Source: Tricharina praecox (Eukaryota). From it: 64,000 nt of DNA. A model generated the notes under the pieces. It was not told where the DNA came from. It made no database searches and was given only the letters and a program-made list of their open reading frames with translations. The stretch spans positions 558,001 to 622,000 of the forward strand of contig NW_026250410.1 of NCBI RefSeq assembly GCF_024521635.1. The letters are read 5' to 3'. Both the position numbers and the translations under genes were made by a program. How positions within the stretch are numbered: the stretch's first letter is position 1; each line of letters begins with the position of its first letter. This document shows positions 26,676 to 40,711 of the stretch, in pieces.

Positions 26676-28158
26676 TCGTTGACCTGTGGGCTGTAGATAC
26701 CCTTACGCTTTGATAGATGGTTATTTTGTGGAGAGAATAGACTTTGTATATACCACCTACTACTAGTATGTATAAAGTAGAGTAGAGTAGATACTCGCCC
26801 ACACCCACACTGCACAGTGGATCTCCTGCAGGAGACATGATGCGCCCGCCGCGATGCGCTGCAGTACTAATATGTAGGCGCGCGGCGAAGCTCAAAAAAA
26901 AAACAATGCAGCAGCAGCAGTTCGGGCCACAGGGGCCTCTGCGACTCGTACATAGCCTTGTAGACTCGCAGTGTGCTGGCTGTGCTGTACATACGTGCTG
27001 GCTGGCTGTGATGCGTTGTCGACGACTTCATGGCATAGACTTCATGCCATGAATGACAGTTAGACCATACCGTAGAGCATGGACTCACGGCCGAGTGCCC
27101 GAGTACCCACCCAGCCACCCAGCCACCCAGCCACCCAGCCACCTTACCACGCCCATCCACCCACGCCCGCCTCACCACGGCAGCTAGAGGTATCATAGGT
27201 ACCGTCGCGGCACGGGTGTATATATACCGATATGGTATACCGGTATATACTTGTAACCTCACTTCGAACTACCATCATCCATGGGAATACCTAGAAATCG
27301 CGATCATTTCCTCCGCCGTGCTCCCGCCGGTACGGTACATAGTATCTCCTGGGCCCTGGCCGGCACTCTATTCACACCGTGTAGGTACTCTACCCAGTAC
27401 CCAGTGCCCAGTGCCGACGCCGTATAGGTACTGGTACCTGGATGTTTGTATAGGTAGATCTTCATATGAATCTCCATGTAGATCTTCGTTCCCCCTCCCC
27501 GCATCAAGATCGATCATCGTGCGCAAGTAAAAGTACATATGTTGGTATCGTACGTTTTGCGGCGTAGGTTGCGGCGTCGATTGCGGCGTCGATTACGGCG
27601 TAGGCTGCGAGAAACAAATTACAATATACCATACATACCATACACAATATACACACCATAGTATCATAGTATAATACATTCCGGTACTTCGAAAGCTGCA
27701 TGCATACGCGAGTGCGCAATTAAAAAATTAAAAAATTACGCAAAAATGTATCCACCCGTCCGCGCCCGTTTCATCTTTCATCTTCCATGACCCATCCGTC
27801 GTTTCGCCCGACTTGACTTCCTGGAAACTTCCTGGCAAACTTGAGTCCTGGGGGCGACTCCGGAAATCAAGCGCGGCAAGAAAGCACGAAAGCGCGGCTG
27901 TCGAAATCAATACAGTGCGGTATGCGTGTGTGTGGGTGAACGTAGTATACACATAGGTAGTACATCTACCGCGCCAGCCATGGTCCATCGACATGATCCA
28001 CCGACATGAAAAGTTAAACGTAGCAAAAGGGTCGTCGTTTGCATACAATCCGAAAACAGAACTAAACCTACAAAACGCCCGCGCTCTAAAGATCCATTGG
28101 ACGGAATAACGAAAAACAATCCCCCTCCGACCCCCGACCCCCCCGACCCAGACCCCAA

Positions 28159-30647
28159 TTACCTCCTGATCTTACTCGTCAACGGGCTCGAAATGTATTC
28201 CATAACCTCATCTTCATCCTCGTCGTCGCTATCGTCATCCCCTCCGGTCATGCTGATATTGAGCCCCTTGACCGGGCCTCCGTTGCGTGGAGGGCTGGGC
28301 GTGAACGTGGGACTCAACGCGATCTTGGGCCGCGACTTGAAGACGGAGTTGTAGTCGCCGCCGGCGATGAGGTCCTCTGTTGGCGTGGCGGACACGACGG
28401 GTGGTTGTCCGGGAGCGGCGATCAAGTTGTTGTTCCGAGTCCGAGTTGGGGATTCCTGGACCTCGGGCTCATCCTCGTCCGGTGGTAGCGTCATGGTGGT
28501 GTCGTCGCCAAAGTCGTCTTCGAAGTTGGGGCCGAGAGGCGCTGGGGGTGAAGACGTGGCGGCACGCTCCCAGGGCATCATACCGCCCTTTTGGCGAGTG
28601 ATGGCCACGCCGCGACCTTTCATGGGCGATGGCTTCTCCGGAGAAAAGGATGCTGCGGCGATGGAGGAGACGATCTGTAATGCACGTGTAAGCTCGCTGT
28701 GTAGATGAATTCCGATGAATTTGGGTACGAACCTGCTCTGCGAAAAGCTCGTCGTCCATACCGAAGGACAGCTCGTTGCGGGCTCGCGAGTTAATGGGCT
28801 GCGTCGGAGTGCTCTCCTGACGGCGGATCTCGGGTATTTGTGGAGGCATCAACTCTGGCTCATCCTCGTCGCTGCTGTTCAGGCAGGATGCCATTCCGCT
28901 ACCAATGGCTGAGGTCTCTCCGGTTCCAGGCATGAGCGATGGGCTCTTGCTCGGCTGGTAGTATGAGCTCTCTTGCTGTTGGCCGTACCCCTCCTCTTGA
29001 TCGACGTCCATCTCGTCGTCCAGATCCATTGCATCATCATCCTGATTAGCTTGGGTGTCGACTGGTGATGGCATGTCATCCTGTATTCCGCCGTCGCAGC
29101 TTTCTGGATCGCTGCTGCCACCTCCTTCCTGCAGATTGATACGCAGATGGTAGACTTCAGGGCCGTCATCCATTTCCGCTGGTGTAGCTGGCGATTGCGA
29201 TTGCGACTGTTCTGCCTGTTCCGGTCCGTCATACGAATAATATACTGGGACCTCTGGTTTTTCGTGTGCCCGCTGGGTCGGGGCACCGGTCAACATCATC
29301 TCCTCTCGCAAGGAACTGAGCAGATCCGCATCTAAATCCCCATCAGCGAAGAACCAACCCTGCGCGCACAGCTCAACCCACATTCACTCTGATGGACCCT
29401 GCCCCTGATCTGCTGTCCAACCATATTCTTCATATGCAGATCCTGATGCCTATTGAACTCCACCCCCAGGCCCTTCTTCTTCTCCTTCTGCTCCTCGGGT
29501 GCCATCTTAATCGGACTCGCCGCCCCCGACTTGACCGGAGAGGAAGCACCAGTCAAACTGAGCTCTCTAAGTTTCCGAATCTCCGCAACCCTCCGTCTCT
29601 GCTCGGCAACCTGATTTTCGAGCCCCTTCAGACTAACCGCCGGCGTAGCGGCCATCGTACTGCCCTCAAAATACTGCCGATTCTCCCACGCCTGCTCAAA
29701 CGGCAGTTCCAGGAACCGGTCACGCGTCGACTCCGGGTCTCCATTCAAGATTATATCCAGCCACCGCGGGTCACCCAGCCAATTGTTTTCCCACTTCCGC
29801 CGGATATTCTCTTCGTAGCCCCGTGGTCGCGAGGGTTTCGCCCGTTTCTCCGCCGCCGCCGCCGCCGCCGCCTCCTCTTCCTCCGAGGGAACCATCCCCG
29901 CCATGGCCGCGAGCATGGCCTCCTTCTCCTCCAGCAGCCGCGCGAACGACTCCCACTGCGCCTTCGCACTCCGGCGGGCCTCGAGTATCGACTCCAGCAC
30001 GACCCGGTGCGCAATGGTCAGCGGTGTGAGGTACGCAGGATTCGGCGCATTACTGGTCGCCTGGTGATACGCTTCCTCGATCCATCAGCACACCCCCAAG
30101 ATCCCCTGCCTAAGTCCCCAATCCCCCTCCCCCCCTTCCTCGAGGACATACCAGTACTAGGCGTATACCCCTTCCACCCACCGCCCTCAATGCGATCCCT
30201 CAGCACCATAGTCGACAGCGCGAGCAGCAGCTCTTCGTACCGCGGACCGCAGCAGTCGTCAAGCGTCGTCCGGCGGATCAGCACGCCGCCCAGGCGTCCG
30301 CTCTTCTTGATGTCGTCGAGCCATTTGAACACTACGTTCCGCAGCTCGCGCGATTGCGCTGGCTCGTAGATTGGCCAGCAGGTGTGCAGTTTCTATAGGC
30401 ATAAGAGGGTGAGCGAGGGAGCGGGGGGAAGGGGGCGAGGGGAAGGGGACGGGGGGGGGAGGGGGAATACCAGTGCACACTCCTCTGGATCGAAGATGCT
30501 GAATAGGTGGTAGATTATGTGCTCGAACGCCTTGCCTTTGTTGGTGAGGGACGTGAAGACGTCGGCGGTGATGGGGAAGGCGGCGAAGTCGTAGTCGAGC
30601 AGGCGGAGGTTCGTGAGAAGCAGCGAGACGGCTGGTGATGGCTTCAT
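28159..30647 (-). CDS. Augmin/HAUS complex subunit 6 (HAUS6_N domain) protein, several introns
   Basis: SLLLTNLRLLDYD..KAFEHIIYHLFSIFDPEEC..WPIYEPAQSRELR..LDDIKKSGRLG..IRRTTLDDCCGPRYEELLLALST, typical of fungal HAUS6; C-terminal YNSVFKSRPKIALSP motif. Confidence 0.85.
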
Positions 30648-30653
30648 CGCTGC

Positions 30654-30696
30654 GGTGGTGGTGGTGGTGGTGGTGGTGGTGGTGGTGGTGGTGGTG
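30654..30696. repeat. (CAC)n trinucleotide repeat (about 14 units) just upstream of the HAUS6 ATG
   Basis: (GTG)n run on the plus strand. Confidence 0.9.
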
Positions 30697-32626
30697 CAAT
30701 GCGTAGGTAGTTGCTCTGCCGTTGCTGCGTTGGAGGTAGCAGGTAGCAGGTAAATAGACGTACACGGTAACGAGAGCACGGTACCTGGGCGTGCGTGCGT
30801 GCGAGCCTCCACCACCACGGAGACCAACCCAACCCCTGTCCGTTTCGGAGGGTGGGCCCAATCACCTGGACCGTTTGCCAGGAACCCTGGCTGCAGCCAG
30901 CACCCTGCAAGACAGGACAGACCGTTTCTCTGGGCCGGCGGGGAACCCTAGCCCTGGATATGGAGAGGAACTGGTGGAGAAACAACACTCTGCTTATATA
31001 TGCACGTACCTACAGAGTACATACGGTAGCAAAAAGTGGTGTGCGATTGATGCGGAAGGTCTCCAGTAGTACTATCTACCGCTCGTGCAATATATTACGC
31101 ACTGTACAGAATACCAGAAAACTACCAGAGAACTACCTTATTCGCACAATAACGTACATAGTGCAGAGAAAGCTTTGTCATGCTAGGTGCTCAAGTAATT
31201 CCTAGACTGTGGTAAACCTATGACGACAAGATTCCTACGGAAGAAATGCCGTGCTGAGCAGAATGCTCCGGTCACTGAATCCGGTATGCATACAGTACGA
31301 TAGAAACCCTCTAGTTTCACAAATACTTACTGTGAGTATGATGAGACGTGGTGTACGCAAGCAAGCAGTTACGACATTCGTGTAGTGTAGGAAGTGCCAT
31401 AGGCCTACGGAACAAATACTGTAGAGGAAACGATACGGATTGAGCTGAATAGGTACAGTAGAGCTGTCGAGTCCTTGCGGAATTGAAAAGTAGTTGTCAG
31501 GCAGTGCCTACACTACGTAAAGTTTTACGCTGCTGTACTATACATAGTTCTACCGGATATCTCCAAGAGCCCTTCAAGATTTCTTCAGTGGTAAAAGTCC
31601 TCACGTATGTATTTGGGAATTCCGGATGGTTGTCATGCTTTCATTCCAATCCAAGCACCCGCAGGCTGCCAACCACCGATGCCCTTCCAAGTTCCCACAC
31701 CATCCATCCATGGGGCTCGTGAGTCGTGAGCCGTTGCTCTGAATACCGCGCTGGCCTGGCCGAGCCCCAGATACATAACACACTGTCTCCGCTGTGAGCA
31801 GCATTAGTACTGGCTTCGCCGCGGATAACCCACGAGCATTTATGGCCTTTGTTGTCTGGACTCTGACCAGTGACAGCCCCCTGTTTGGCGGAGTGGAAGA
31901 GAAGCTGTTGGCGAGAGGAGGAATTGATGGAGGAGCTGTCGGCGAGAGGAAGTGTGTGGACTCCTCTCTCCCCCATCGGTGGGCTGGAGGGGTGGGTGTT
32001 GGCAGCGGAGCCGTCTGCAACTCCGTTGTGCCATTGCATCTACCAAACCCCACGATGCTATAAATTATGATGCTACGCTGCGCATCGTACCTTAAGTTGT
32101 ACATTCATGTTTACTTTATTTTCAGCGAATGGTTGAGACTTGAATGGGCAACTAAGACGGGCGGAAGTGAGCGACGCCGATGCACAGATATCGAGTGAGC
32201 AGGACTAGGAAACACGACGGGGTTCTATGTAGTAGAGTCCTTACCACAATACAACACATCACAAACCCAGTCATACCCAACTCATTGACTACATAGTGGT
32301 GACAAACTCACCAAAGGCGAGATGAAGGAAGTACTTAGAAATCGCGGAAGAGCAAGAAGGAAGGTATCGTACAAATCGGCGAACCGATTTGCTACTGCTA
32401 TGTCATGGTATATCACTCGAGATTCCAATTCTTCCCGCCGGTTTTGGTGGATAATGAGTTATTCATCCAGATTCTGGATTCTAAAGGCTTACTATAGCGA
32501 TATCCTAAGATCTATGTATTGGAACCGGCATCAAGGCCCAAGTCGGCGCTTCCAATAGAAAAAGCACATCACTCCTGTACGTCATTGTATTGGAACACAT
32601 TCTAATCCTCCCCCTCACCACCCCCC

Positions 32627-33439
32627 TCATCCCCTCCTCAGCACGCCCACATGCAGCACATACCCCCTCTCGCCCCCTAGCTCCTCACTCAACCTATCAT
32701 CGGGGACCCTATAGACCACAAACCTGCGCATGAACTCTATCAAAAAGCACTCCATAACATCCGGACTCCTCGTCTCCTGGGCGACCAGTACCAGCGTCCT
32801 CCCTCTGTTCCCCTCCCCCTCCCCCTCCCCCTCGCCGTCGTCCTCGCCCTCGCCACGATGCAGCCGACACGCCGCCACAAGCGTATCGACAAACGCGGGG
32901 ACGAGGCCCTCGTTATACACGCAGTCGCTCGCGATCACCAGATCCAGCGGCCCACCCATCTTGCGGAGTGCAGGATGTGAGGGCAGCTCCGTGTTCTCCC
33001 AATCCACATCGATAGTGACCACGTTCGGCGGGCGATAGCCCTGCTGCTTTCGTCTCGGGGGAGGGGGAAGGTTTGCGGCAAGATTTTGCGCGGCGAGCTT
33101 TGTCATGCTGGGCAGGTCGCTCTGGTAGTACGCTGCTACGCGGGTGCCGACCGTCGCGGCGAGCACGGCGGCGACGCCGCAGCCGAGCTCGAGGACTGTG
33201 CTGCTGGGCGTGAGGAGTAGGGTGAACGGGCTGCCCGGCGAGAGTAGGTACCGCGCGAGGTGCGGGGTTATGGACCAGAGCACTGCGCCGGTTGTGCCTT
33301 GTGTGGCGTTGGAGCGTAGGAGAGAGGGGGATTGGGTGAGTGATAGCGTGAACGGCGGGATTGAGAGGGTTATCCCCACCGCGTTGGCAGAGTGCATCCC
33401 CAGCGGCCGCGCGGACGGCGCGAGCGCGGCTAGGTCCAT
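32627..33439 (-). CDS. Family-16 protein lysine methyltransferase, Rkm5-like; single exon
   Basis: LTQSPSLLRS..GTTGAVLWSITP, VLELGCGVA, DVDWE, DLVIASDCVYNEGLVPAFV, VAQETRSPDV motifs. Confidence 0.85.
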   Translation of the reverse strand: MDLAALAPSARPLGMHSANAVGITLSIPPFTLSLTQSPSLLRSNATQGTTGAVLWSITPHLARYLLSPGSPFTLLLTPSSTVLELGCGVAAVLAATVGTRVAAYYQSDLPSMTKLAAQNLAANLPPPPRRKQQGYRPPNVVTIDVDWENTELPSHPALRKMGGPLDLVIASDCVYNEGLVPAFVDTLVAACRLHRGEGEDDGEGEGEGEGNRGRTLVLVAQETRSPDVMECFLIEFMRRFVVYRVPDDRLSEELGGERGYVLHVGVLRRG

Positions 33440-35677
33440 GGTTTCTGTGGCGGGTCAGCGGGCGGCGTAGGCGGGGGGAGAGGCATTGCGGCGTGAAGGG
33501 TAATGTAGGGCATTGTGGGTAAAGGGATTGACAGGGGAAACGGCGCAATATCGGGGCCGGCATTTGTTTTGTGTTTGCGGTATGTAGGGTACGGCATGGA
33601 AACAGCGGAGCGGCGTTACGGTGCCGCTGCGATCGCCCGGAGCTGCAAGTCATCCTTGGATGCCTGCAGCAATCACCCATTAGCGACGACGGCACCGGTG
33701 AGTGTAAAGTAGAGTGCGTGCTCCTCCTGCCATCGGCCATCAGGAGACAATGTCGCATCGGCTTCCAGGGCACGACGCCATCCATCTCGTGCGCCGGTGA
33801 CACCGAGGCGATGGGCTGGAATAGGTAGCTGACTCCCCCCCCGCCCGAATCTTGGAGGGATCGGAAGTCGGGAGCGAGAGCGCGAGCGAACGAGCGAGTG
33901 AGGGCACGGGGATGGATGGTGCTTTGTGGAGAAGGAAGGAAGCGAGGCTTGGAGGACAAGGCCAAGAAATGGGGACCACTCCGTTGTGGGGGCGGGCCAG
34001 AATGGATCGGGCGCACGAGAAAAAAAAAAGTGGAAATAGCATTTATGCGATGCGTGTCACGAACCTTCGTATGCATCCTCAACAGGAGGGCCGAGGAGAT
34101 GGAGGAATGTCGATACCGCCGTTTCTGCGGACATGGCTGTCGTCCAGTATTTTCGCCAGCAAGTTCGCTTGTCTTTTGGGTGGTCGCGCTCGGGAGTCGG
34201 AGGTGCTCGGAATTGTGCCGAGGGGTGTGCCGCGCCCGAAATTGATGTCGGCGTTGAGGGAATTGCGGATGTTTCGGAAATTCAGTCAACCTCGACGCGA
34301 AAAGGCCAAGGCTGCCGAGTGCCAAGTGGTGAACTTTGATCCCGTGAACCTCTTTCCGTCTCAACATCCAGGAATGAGAGAGAGAGGGGGGGATGTTTAT
34401 CGTCTATTAGGTACCACATGAGAGTAGTAGTGGCAAGCCAGACGTCAACCTCTGCTAGCAGTGCGGCTGTGTCTAGAGGATTCTGGTGTTTTGCGGGGCT
34501 TGGTGGTGGTGGTGACGGTGGGCACACACTTCCAAGCGGGCTGGGCTGGGCGGCACAGCTCACGCGTCCACAGCGCCGTCGTAGTTGTTGTGATGTTGGC
34601 TTTTGTTCCCCACGAACGGAGGTTGCCGCACCCAGCTCCCCTCCTCTAGGGGATGCTGAGCGAGCTGCGAGCACTAGGTAGCATCTGGAGAGAGGCATCA
34701 CATCTGCATGCACCGCTCCGTATTTTCGACGCTTCTGCGTGGTGGTCTGCGATGTGCTCAGCCAGCCCAGTGGCAGTCCGGGAGGTGTCATTCGCTCGCT
34801 TCATTCGCCAAGAACCCACCCATCCGTGAGACGCTTGGGCTTCTGTGCTCCTCTGATAACTCGGAATCAACCTCTGGAGTCTGGAGCAGAGTAGAGTACG
34901 ATGGCGATGCCTTCCATAGCATTGGTCCGATCGTTGATTTGATGGCTGGCCACCGGAGGATAACAACGCCGACACCGGGCGGAGTGTGAGCCTCGGAGCG
35001 AGTACCGTGTGTTATGAGAACTCCATGTGGGGCAGCAACCAAGTACTCCCAGTGGCCAGCGTGGCTGTCTGCTCGTGCCCCCGACCCTCCGGCGTCGTCT
35101 GTCTGTCCGTTCGTGGGAATGTACCTACTTGTATCGACTCCGGCCGCGCGGAGAAAGGAGAAGGGGCGAGCATGCATACTTGATATCCGTTGGAATGAGG
35201 CAGATGCTGACATCTCGAACCGTCGCGGACGGAGTTTCCTGCAATGGAGTGAGCAATGCAGACAGCTTGCCATTTGCGAGTCACCCGTGCCCTCGCCACT
35301 CTGATTGGGGAAGTTGTTGGGATTTCTGTCTAACTCTAGCCAATACCGATCTTCTGCCGCAACTTAGGGCGGTCTCTGATGCTGTTGCCAAGGTTCCCGG
35401 GATTGGCTGGCTGGTTGGTGTCGCACATCACTACCTCCCCCCCATATAGGTCTCCTCCGGCCACCGTCCCTTCGCTCTCAATCCACCTTCCTTCCCTTGC
35501 TTCTGCTCCTCCTCCTCCTCCTCACCACGGAACCTTTCCTATAAAGACGGATCCCCCATTCAATCCCTTCCCGCACCACCGAACCCCCCAAATTATAAAT
35601 TCACGGCACACTGTTGCTGCACCATTCCTACCGGTCGACCCTAGCGAACGTCATTCACAGCAGCTTCCTCATCAGCC

Positions 35678-38024
35678 ATGTCGAATCCGAAGAAACAGAT
35701 CCTCTACCCCATCGCGACGAAGAAGCCACCGTACTCCCTCCAGGTGCCAGGCGTCGAGAAGAAGCCTGGTGAGGGAATCCCGCGCCGTCACCCTCTTTCC
35801 ATCGATGCCCTGACCACCACCCCCGATCCCGAGGTCAAGACGCTCTACGACATCGTCGTTCGCGGCGCGAAGAAGTACGGCGACTCGGAGTGCATGGGCA
35901 GCAGACAGCTCATCAAGACCCACACCGAGGAGAAGAAGGTGAAGAAGATGGTGGACGGCGAGGAGCGCGAGGTCTCCAAGAACTGGACCTTCTACGAGAT
36001 GAGCGGCTACACTTGGAAGTCGTTCGTCCAGTACAAGGTGGCGGTGGACACATGCGGAGCCGGCTTGAGGGCCCTAGGATTGGTCGCGGCCGATAGGGTG
36101 CACATCTTCGCTGCTACAAGGTATGTGATCTTCTTCGATGCGCGTTTGTGATTCGAAGGGCGGGCTACGGGCGAAGAAAAGACGGTGGAGCTGATCGCAA
36201 TGACGTATCCAGTCAGGAATGGCTCACCATGTCGCATGGATGCGCGTCGCAGTCCATGCCGATTGTCACCGCCTACGATACCCTTGGCCAGGAGGGATTG
36301 CAGCACTCGCTCGTCCAGACCGGCGCCAAGGCCATCTTCCTGAACCCTCATCTCCTCAAGAACCTGATCAACCCCTTGAAAGCTGGTACCAACATCAAAT
36401 ACGTCATCTACACAACCGAGTCGCCGCCCAAGCAGGAAGATCTTGATACGTTGAAGTCCGCGCACCCGGACTTGACGATTCTCACCTACAATGAATTGAT
36501 GGAAATGGGAAAGGCCAACCCCGTGGATCCGGTTCTGCCCGATCGCGAAGATCTGTGCTGCATCATGTACACTTCCGGATCCACCGGTACCCCGAAGGGT
36601 GTCCCTCTTTTGCACAGAAACGTAATTGCCGCGGGTAGGATCTCTTACCTCTCGCATGCGCTTCTTCCCAAGTTGCTAACGCGCTTCCGTAGTTGCTGGT
36701 GTTACCACAATCGTGGGTCCTCACATCACTCCAGGCGACTTCGTCCTCAACTTCCTCCCCCTGGCACACATCTTGGAACTCGTCTTTGAAAATGCCATCA
36801 TCGTGTGGGGTGCAGCGATGGGCTACGGCAGCCCTCGTACTCTGTCCGACAAAGCCATGAAGAACTGCAAGGGCGACATTCGGGAGTTGCGACCAACAGT
36901 CCTCGTGGCGGTTCCAGCCGTTTGGGAAACCGTCAAGAAGGGTATCATGGACCAAGTTTCGAAGCTTCCCGGCTTCAAGCAGAAGATGTTCTGGGGTGCA
37001 ATGTCACTCAAGGGCGCGTTGCTGCAGCTGGGACTCCCCGGTGTCGGTGTGATCGATAACGTGGTCTTCAAGAAGGTCAAGGAGGCGACAGGTGGGAGGA
37101 TGAGGATCTGCATGAACGGAGGTGGACCGGTTGCGAAGGAGACGCACCATTTCATCTCGATGGCCATCTGCCCTATGATCATGGGTTACGGTCTGACCGA
37201 GACAGCCGCGTGAGTTTCTTTTCCTCTTACACAAACCTGCACTCGAACTGACGATTTCCTAGTATGTGCTGTCTCATGGACCCCACCGAGTGGGATAACA
37301 CCTCGCTCGGAAATCTTACTTCTAGCGTCGAAGTCAAGCTGGTCGACTTTGCCGAAGCCGGATATCTCACCGATAATACCCCCGAACAGGGAGAAGTGTG
37401 GATCCGCGGTGACTCGGTGGCCCCCAGCTACTACGACAACGAGGAGGAGACCAAGGCAGCATTCGAGGATGGCTGGTTCAAGACTGGCGATATCGGCGAG
37501 TGGGATGCCAACGGACATCTCAAGCTGATTGACCGCAAGAAGAACTTGGTCAAGACTTTGAACGGAGAGTACATTGCTCTGGAGAAGGTTAGTTCCGTCG
37601 ATATTTAGGCTCGTATGATTCACTTTCTGACATAACTCAGCTTGAGGCCGTCTACCGTTCGACTCCGGTCGTGCAGAACCTGCTCGTCTACGCCGACCAA
37701 CAGCAGGCCAAGCCCGTCGCCGTCGTCTTCCCCAACGAACCGGTTCTCAAGGCCCTTGCCAAGGAGAACGGCATTGCGGGCGACCACCTCGAGGAGCTCG
37801 TTCACAACCAGAAGCTGACATCCATCGTGTTGAACCATCTCCTGACACAAGGCCGGAAGGGGGGGCTCAGCGGGATGGAGATGCTTCACGGAGTCGTGAT
37901 GACGGACGAGGAGTGGACGCCACAGAACGGCCTCGTCACATCGGCACAAAAGCTGAACCGAAAGGGCATCGTCAAGGCCCACGAGGAGGAGATTAAGCGT
38001 GCGTACGCCAACAGCTCGCAATGA
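35678..38024 (+). CDS. FAA1: Long-chain fatty acyl-CoA synthetase (Faa1/Faa4-like), 4 introns
   Basis: IVTAYDTLG, CIMYTSGSTGTPKGV (AMP-binding), LPLAHILE, GYGLTET, DGWFKTGDIGEW..IDRKKNLVKTLNGEYIALEKLE, WTPQNGLVTSAQKLNRK. Confidence 0.95.
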
Positions 38025-39490
38025 TCTGGTTGATTGATGCCGGTGGGTGAGAGGGGGTAGCTTGATGATTTTGGATGGACTGTTAATGGTTGCTTTTCTT
38101 TTTGATTCGTTTTTTTTTTATTCTGTACGCTTGGGTCGTCGTTTTGTCGTCATTGCGTGCGAATTCAGCAACGCGCTACGTCTTTGGTTTGCTTATTCCT
38201 TTCTACTGCTACTGCTGCTTCTGGTCTTGGATCCACTCCACGTTTATTCTTTTTGCCTATTCATTTTGGAGATTTGGATTGTTATGGTTTTTGTATTCAG
38301 CCAATGGTTTTTTATGATGGGACGCGAGTGCGCGAGGGGGTATCAAGTACCGCTTATTTTTGTGTGGATGTGGTGGGTGATGTGTGGTGTGTGATGTGAT
38401 GTGTGATGTGTGCTGTGTGTTGTGGGTGATGTGTGCTGTTTATTACCTTGGAACAATGTTTGTCCCGTTGTTTGTATGTTTGGGGACTTGATGCTGATGC
38501 TCATTCTGATTCTGATTCTGATTATTTCAACTTGTGAACCTCTTTGTGAACTCCGCGGGCTGCTTGCTTGCGGTGTCGGATGTGTCGTGATACTTTACTT
38601 TACCTACCTACATCTTACTGTGTGTTCTGTGTGTTCTGTGTGTTCTGTGTGTTTTGAACTGTTGCCTTCTGGATTCTTGATACAGTCGACCGTGGAGACT
38701 GGCCTGCCGAGATCTCACCACCCGCATCCCTAGAGGTATCACCACCCAAGCCTACGACCTCATCGATCCACGCACGCTGTCGTCGAGCACACCAACTGCA
38801 CTGCAGCGGAATCTATTGAACGGAGTCATCGCCCCCCCCCCCCACGAGCGTCGAGAGCTTCCCACCCAATCCCAAGCCTACGAGAGCTCAACCGTCAGAT
38901 CTGTCACCTCAACAATTTCCACTACTCGTCTACCTCGTATCCTCCACTACCATCGTGACCACCGCCCATCGTGACTCTGTGCAGCCGTCGTCGTCGTCAT
39001 CAAGTGGCGGAACGCACAGCGCTACTACCTATATGTATACATTATGTGCAGCACAATTCAAGATCCGGGCCCGGAATGCATATGACGCCGAGGCCCCGAG
39101 GCTCCGTGCCGTGCTGTGCTGTGTGAGGGTTGTGAGGGTTACACAAGTGACAGGGCGGCCTGCGGATGCCGACGCAGCGTGGCAACGCCGGTGGGGAGGT
39201 GGGACCGTGCGTGGGACGGCAGCGTGGTACGACCGCGCGGCGTAGTTGCCGTCGGTGGTGGGGGGTGGGTAACTACCATAAAAGAGAGAGGGAGAGAGAT
39301 CTTCAATTTATTTCGCATGCAGGCGGGTGGCAAGGGGGAGGGGGGGCGAGTGCGGATCTGTGAAGCGTGAGGCGTGAGCAGTGCGTACTGGGAGCGGGTA
39401 CGTGAGTGAGTGAGCGAGAAAGTGGCAATGAATACCTGAATTGTGACGAAGCTCAAAGTACCGTATTGGCCGAGGGCCCCGGGTTCAGTG

Positions 39491-39560
39491 CGTTTTGTTT
39501 TCTTTCATCAATGCATTCGATCTTATGACCTTAGTAGGTAGATCATGGCAGAGGGTCTAG
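39491..39560 (-). mobile_element. LINE-type 3' tail copy (SINE-like or very short LINE remnant)
   Basis: Minus strand TGCCATGATCTAC..GATCGAATGCATTGATGAAAGAAAACAAAAC matches the tail of the other copies. Confidence 0.6.
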
Positions 39561-40101
39561 ATACATGCAGCTCTCTTTTAAACACAGGTGGGCGTTCTGG
39601 ATCAACGCTCGATGGGATCACCGCTCGACGGGGCCTCCCAGTTGGGCGGAGAAGGATACTTTCTTGCGTGCAGTGAGGAGGCAGGCCGCAGGCGGAAGGC
39701 GGAAGGCAGGGTAGAGGCGGCGGATGAGGCCCTCCTCCCAAAGGCTCCCATGGGCCTGTCACCTGTGGGATGGACGCGGCGAGGAGAGACGAGTACATGC
39801 TCTCTCTCTCTCTGGGAGGAGGGGGAGTTGACGAGGAGCGAGAGGGGCGAGAGGGGCGAGGGGGGGCGAGAGGGGCGAAAGGGGCGAGAGGGCAGGGGGC
39901 CCCAGGGAGTTGTGCCTGTTCTATGTATAGACGGTGCAATGAACTCGGTGAACATACTTGATGATTGTGGTGGAAGAAGAAGTCCACGCTGCCCCCGCCC
40001 TATATAACTGATCGAACAGAAACCCAATGTATAAGTCCCTAGGTCAGTCGATTGCGCCGATAATACTCACAAGATATCACCCGTTTCAACTGAACGGATC
40101 T

Positions 40102-40276
40102 TGTTGTAATAGGTATCGAGTCGTTCGTTCCTTAGTCGGTCGTTCCTTAGTCGGTCGTTTCTTAGTCGCTTACTCGGTCATGACGCCGATAGGCACTGGC
40201 ATACTACCTGACCTTTCTCTCTTCTCTCGAGGCTTCAGACTCTCCCAATACAATACTCGTTCGTTACTATTCAACA
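40102..40276. mobile_element. Putative solo LTR (about 175 bp)
   Basis: Begins TGTTG, ends CAACA (terminal inverted repeat); colinear similarity to 42302-42427 (TGTTGTAATA..CTTAGTCG..CGGTCATGACG..GCACTGGC..TCTTCTCTCGAGGCTT..CAGACTCT..CAATACAATACT). Confidence 0.7.
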
Positions 40277-40711
40277 GAACGGAGCTAGATCGATGTTTCA
40301 GACTGGGTGAGCTGAACTCTGGTATGTACGACCTATGGCGTAGCAGCCTGCAGGTAGCTGGGCCCTAGCTCCGGCGTCTTCACGCCGTCACTCGAATCGA
40401 GTGACATATAGACAACCACTCGTTCCTATTCACGAAACTCCATTTCCACCACTCAGACATGCCCAAAACCTCATGTAACGTCTCCTCCGTCTTTTCCCTC
40501 ACGCATATCACCATTTTTGGACAGTCTCGGCGCATATGCGCGCCGAGGCGTGCTGAGCCGTCTTTTGGCGGGGATCATGCCATGGCCCACCTATAAAACC
40601 AGCGAGAACTCGCCATCATCTTCTTCTCTTCTTCTCTTCTTCACATCACTTCATCATCATCCTTCTTCTTCTCTATCTCCTCGGAGCATCACTTCATCAT
40701 CCTTTCTCTCC

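Noticed and set aside
32913..34367. 484-aa minus-strand ORF overlapping the RKM5-like gene and its upstream region
   Set aside because: Low-complexity R/P/S composition in GC-rich DNA, out of frame with the real gene, no domain recognised.
38019..38035. Cryptic PTS1 through stop-codon read-through in FAA1
   Set aside because: Stop context is TGA TCT, not TGA CTA, and the extension would end SG*, which is not a PTS1.
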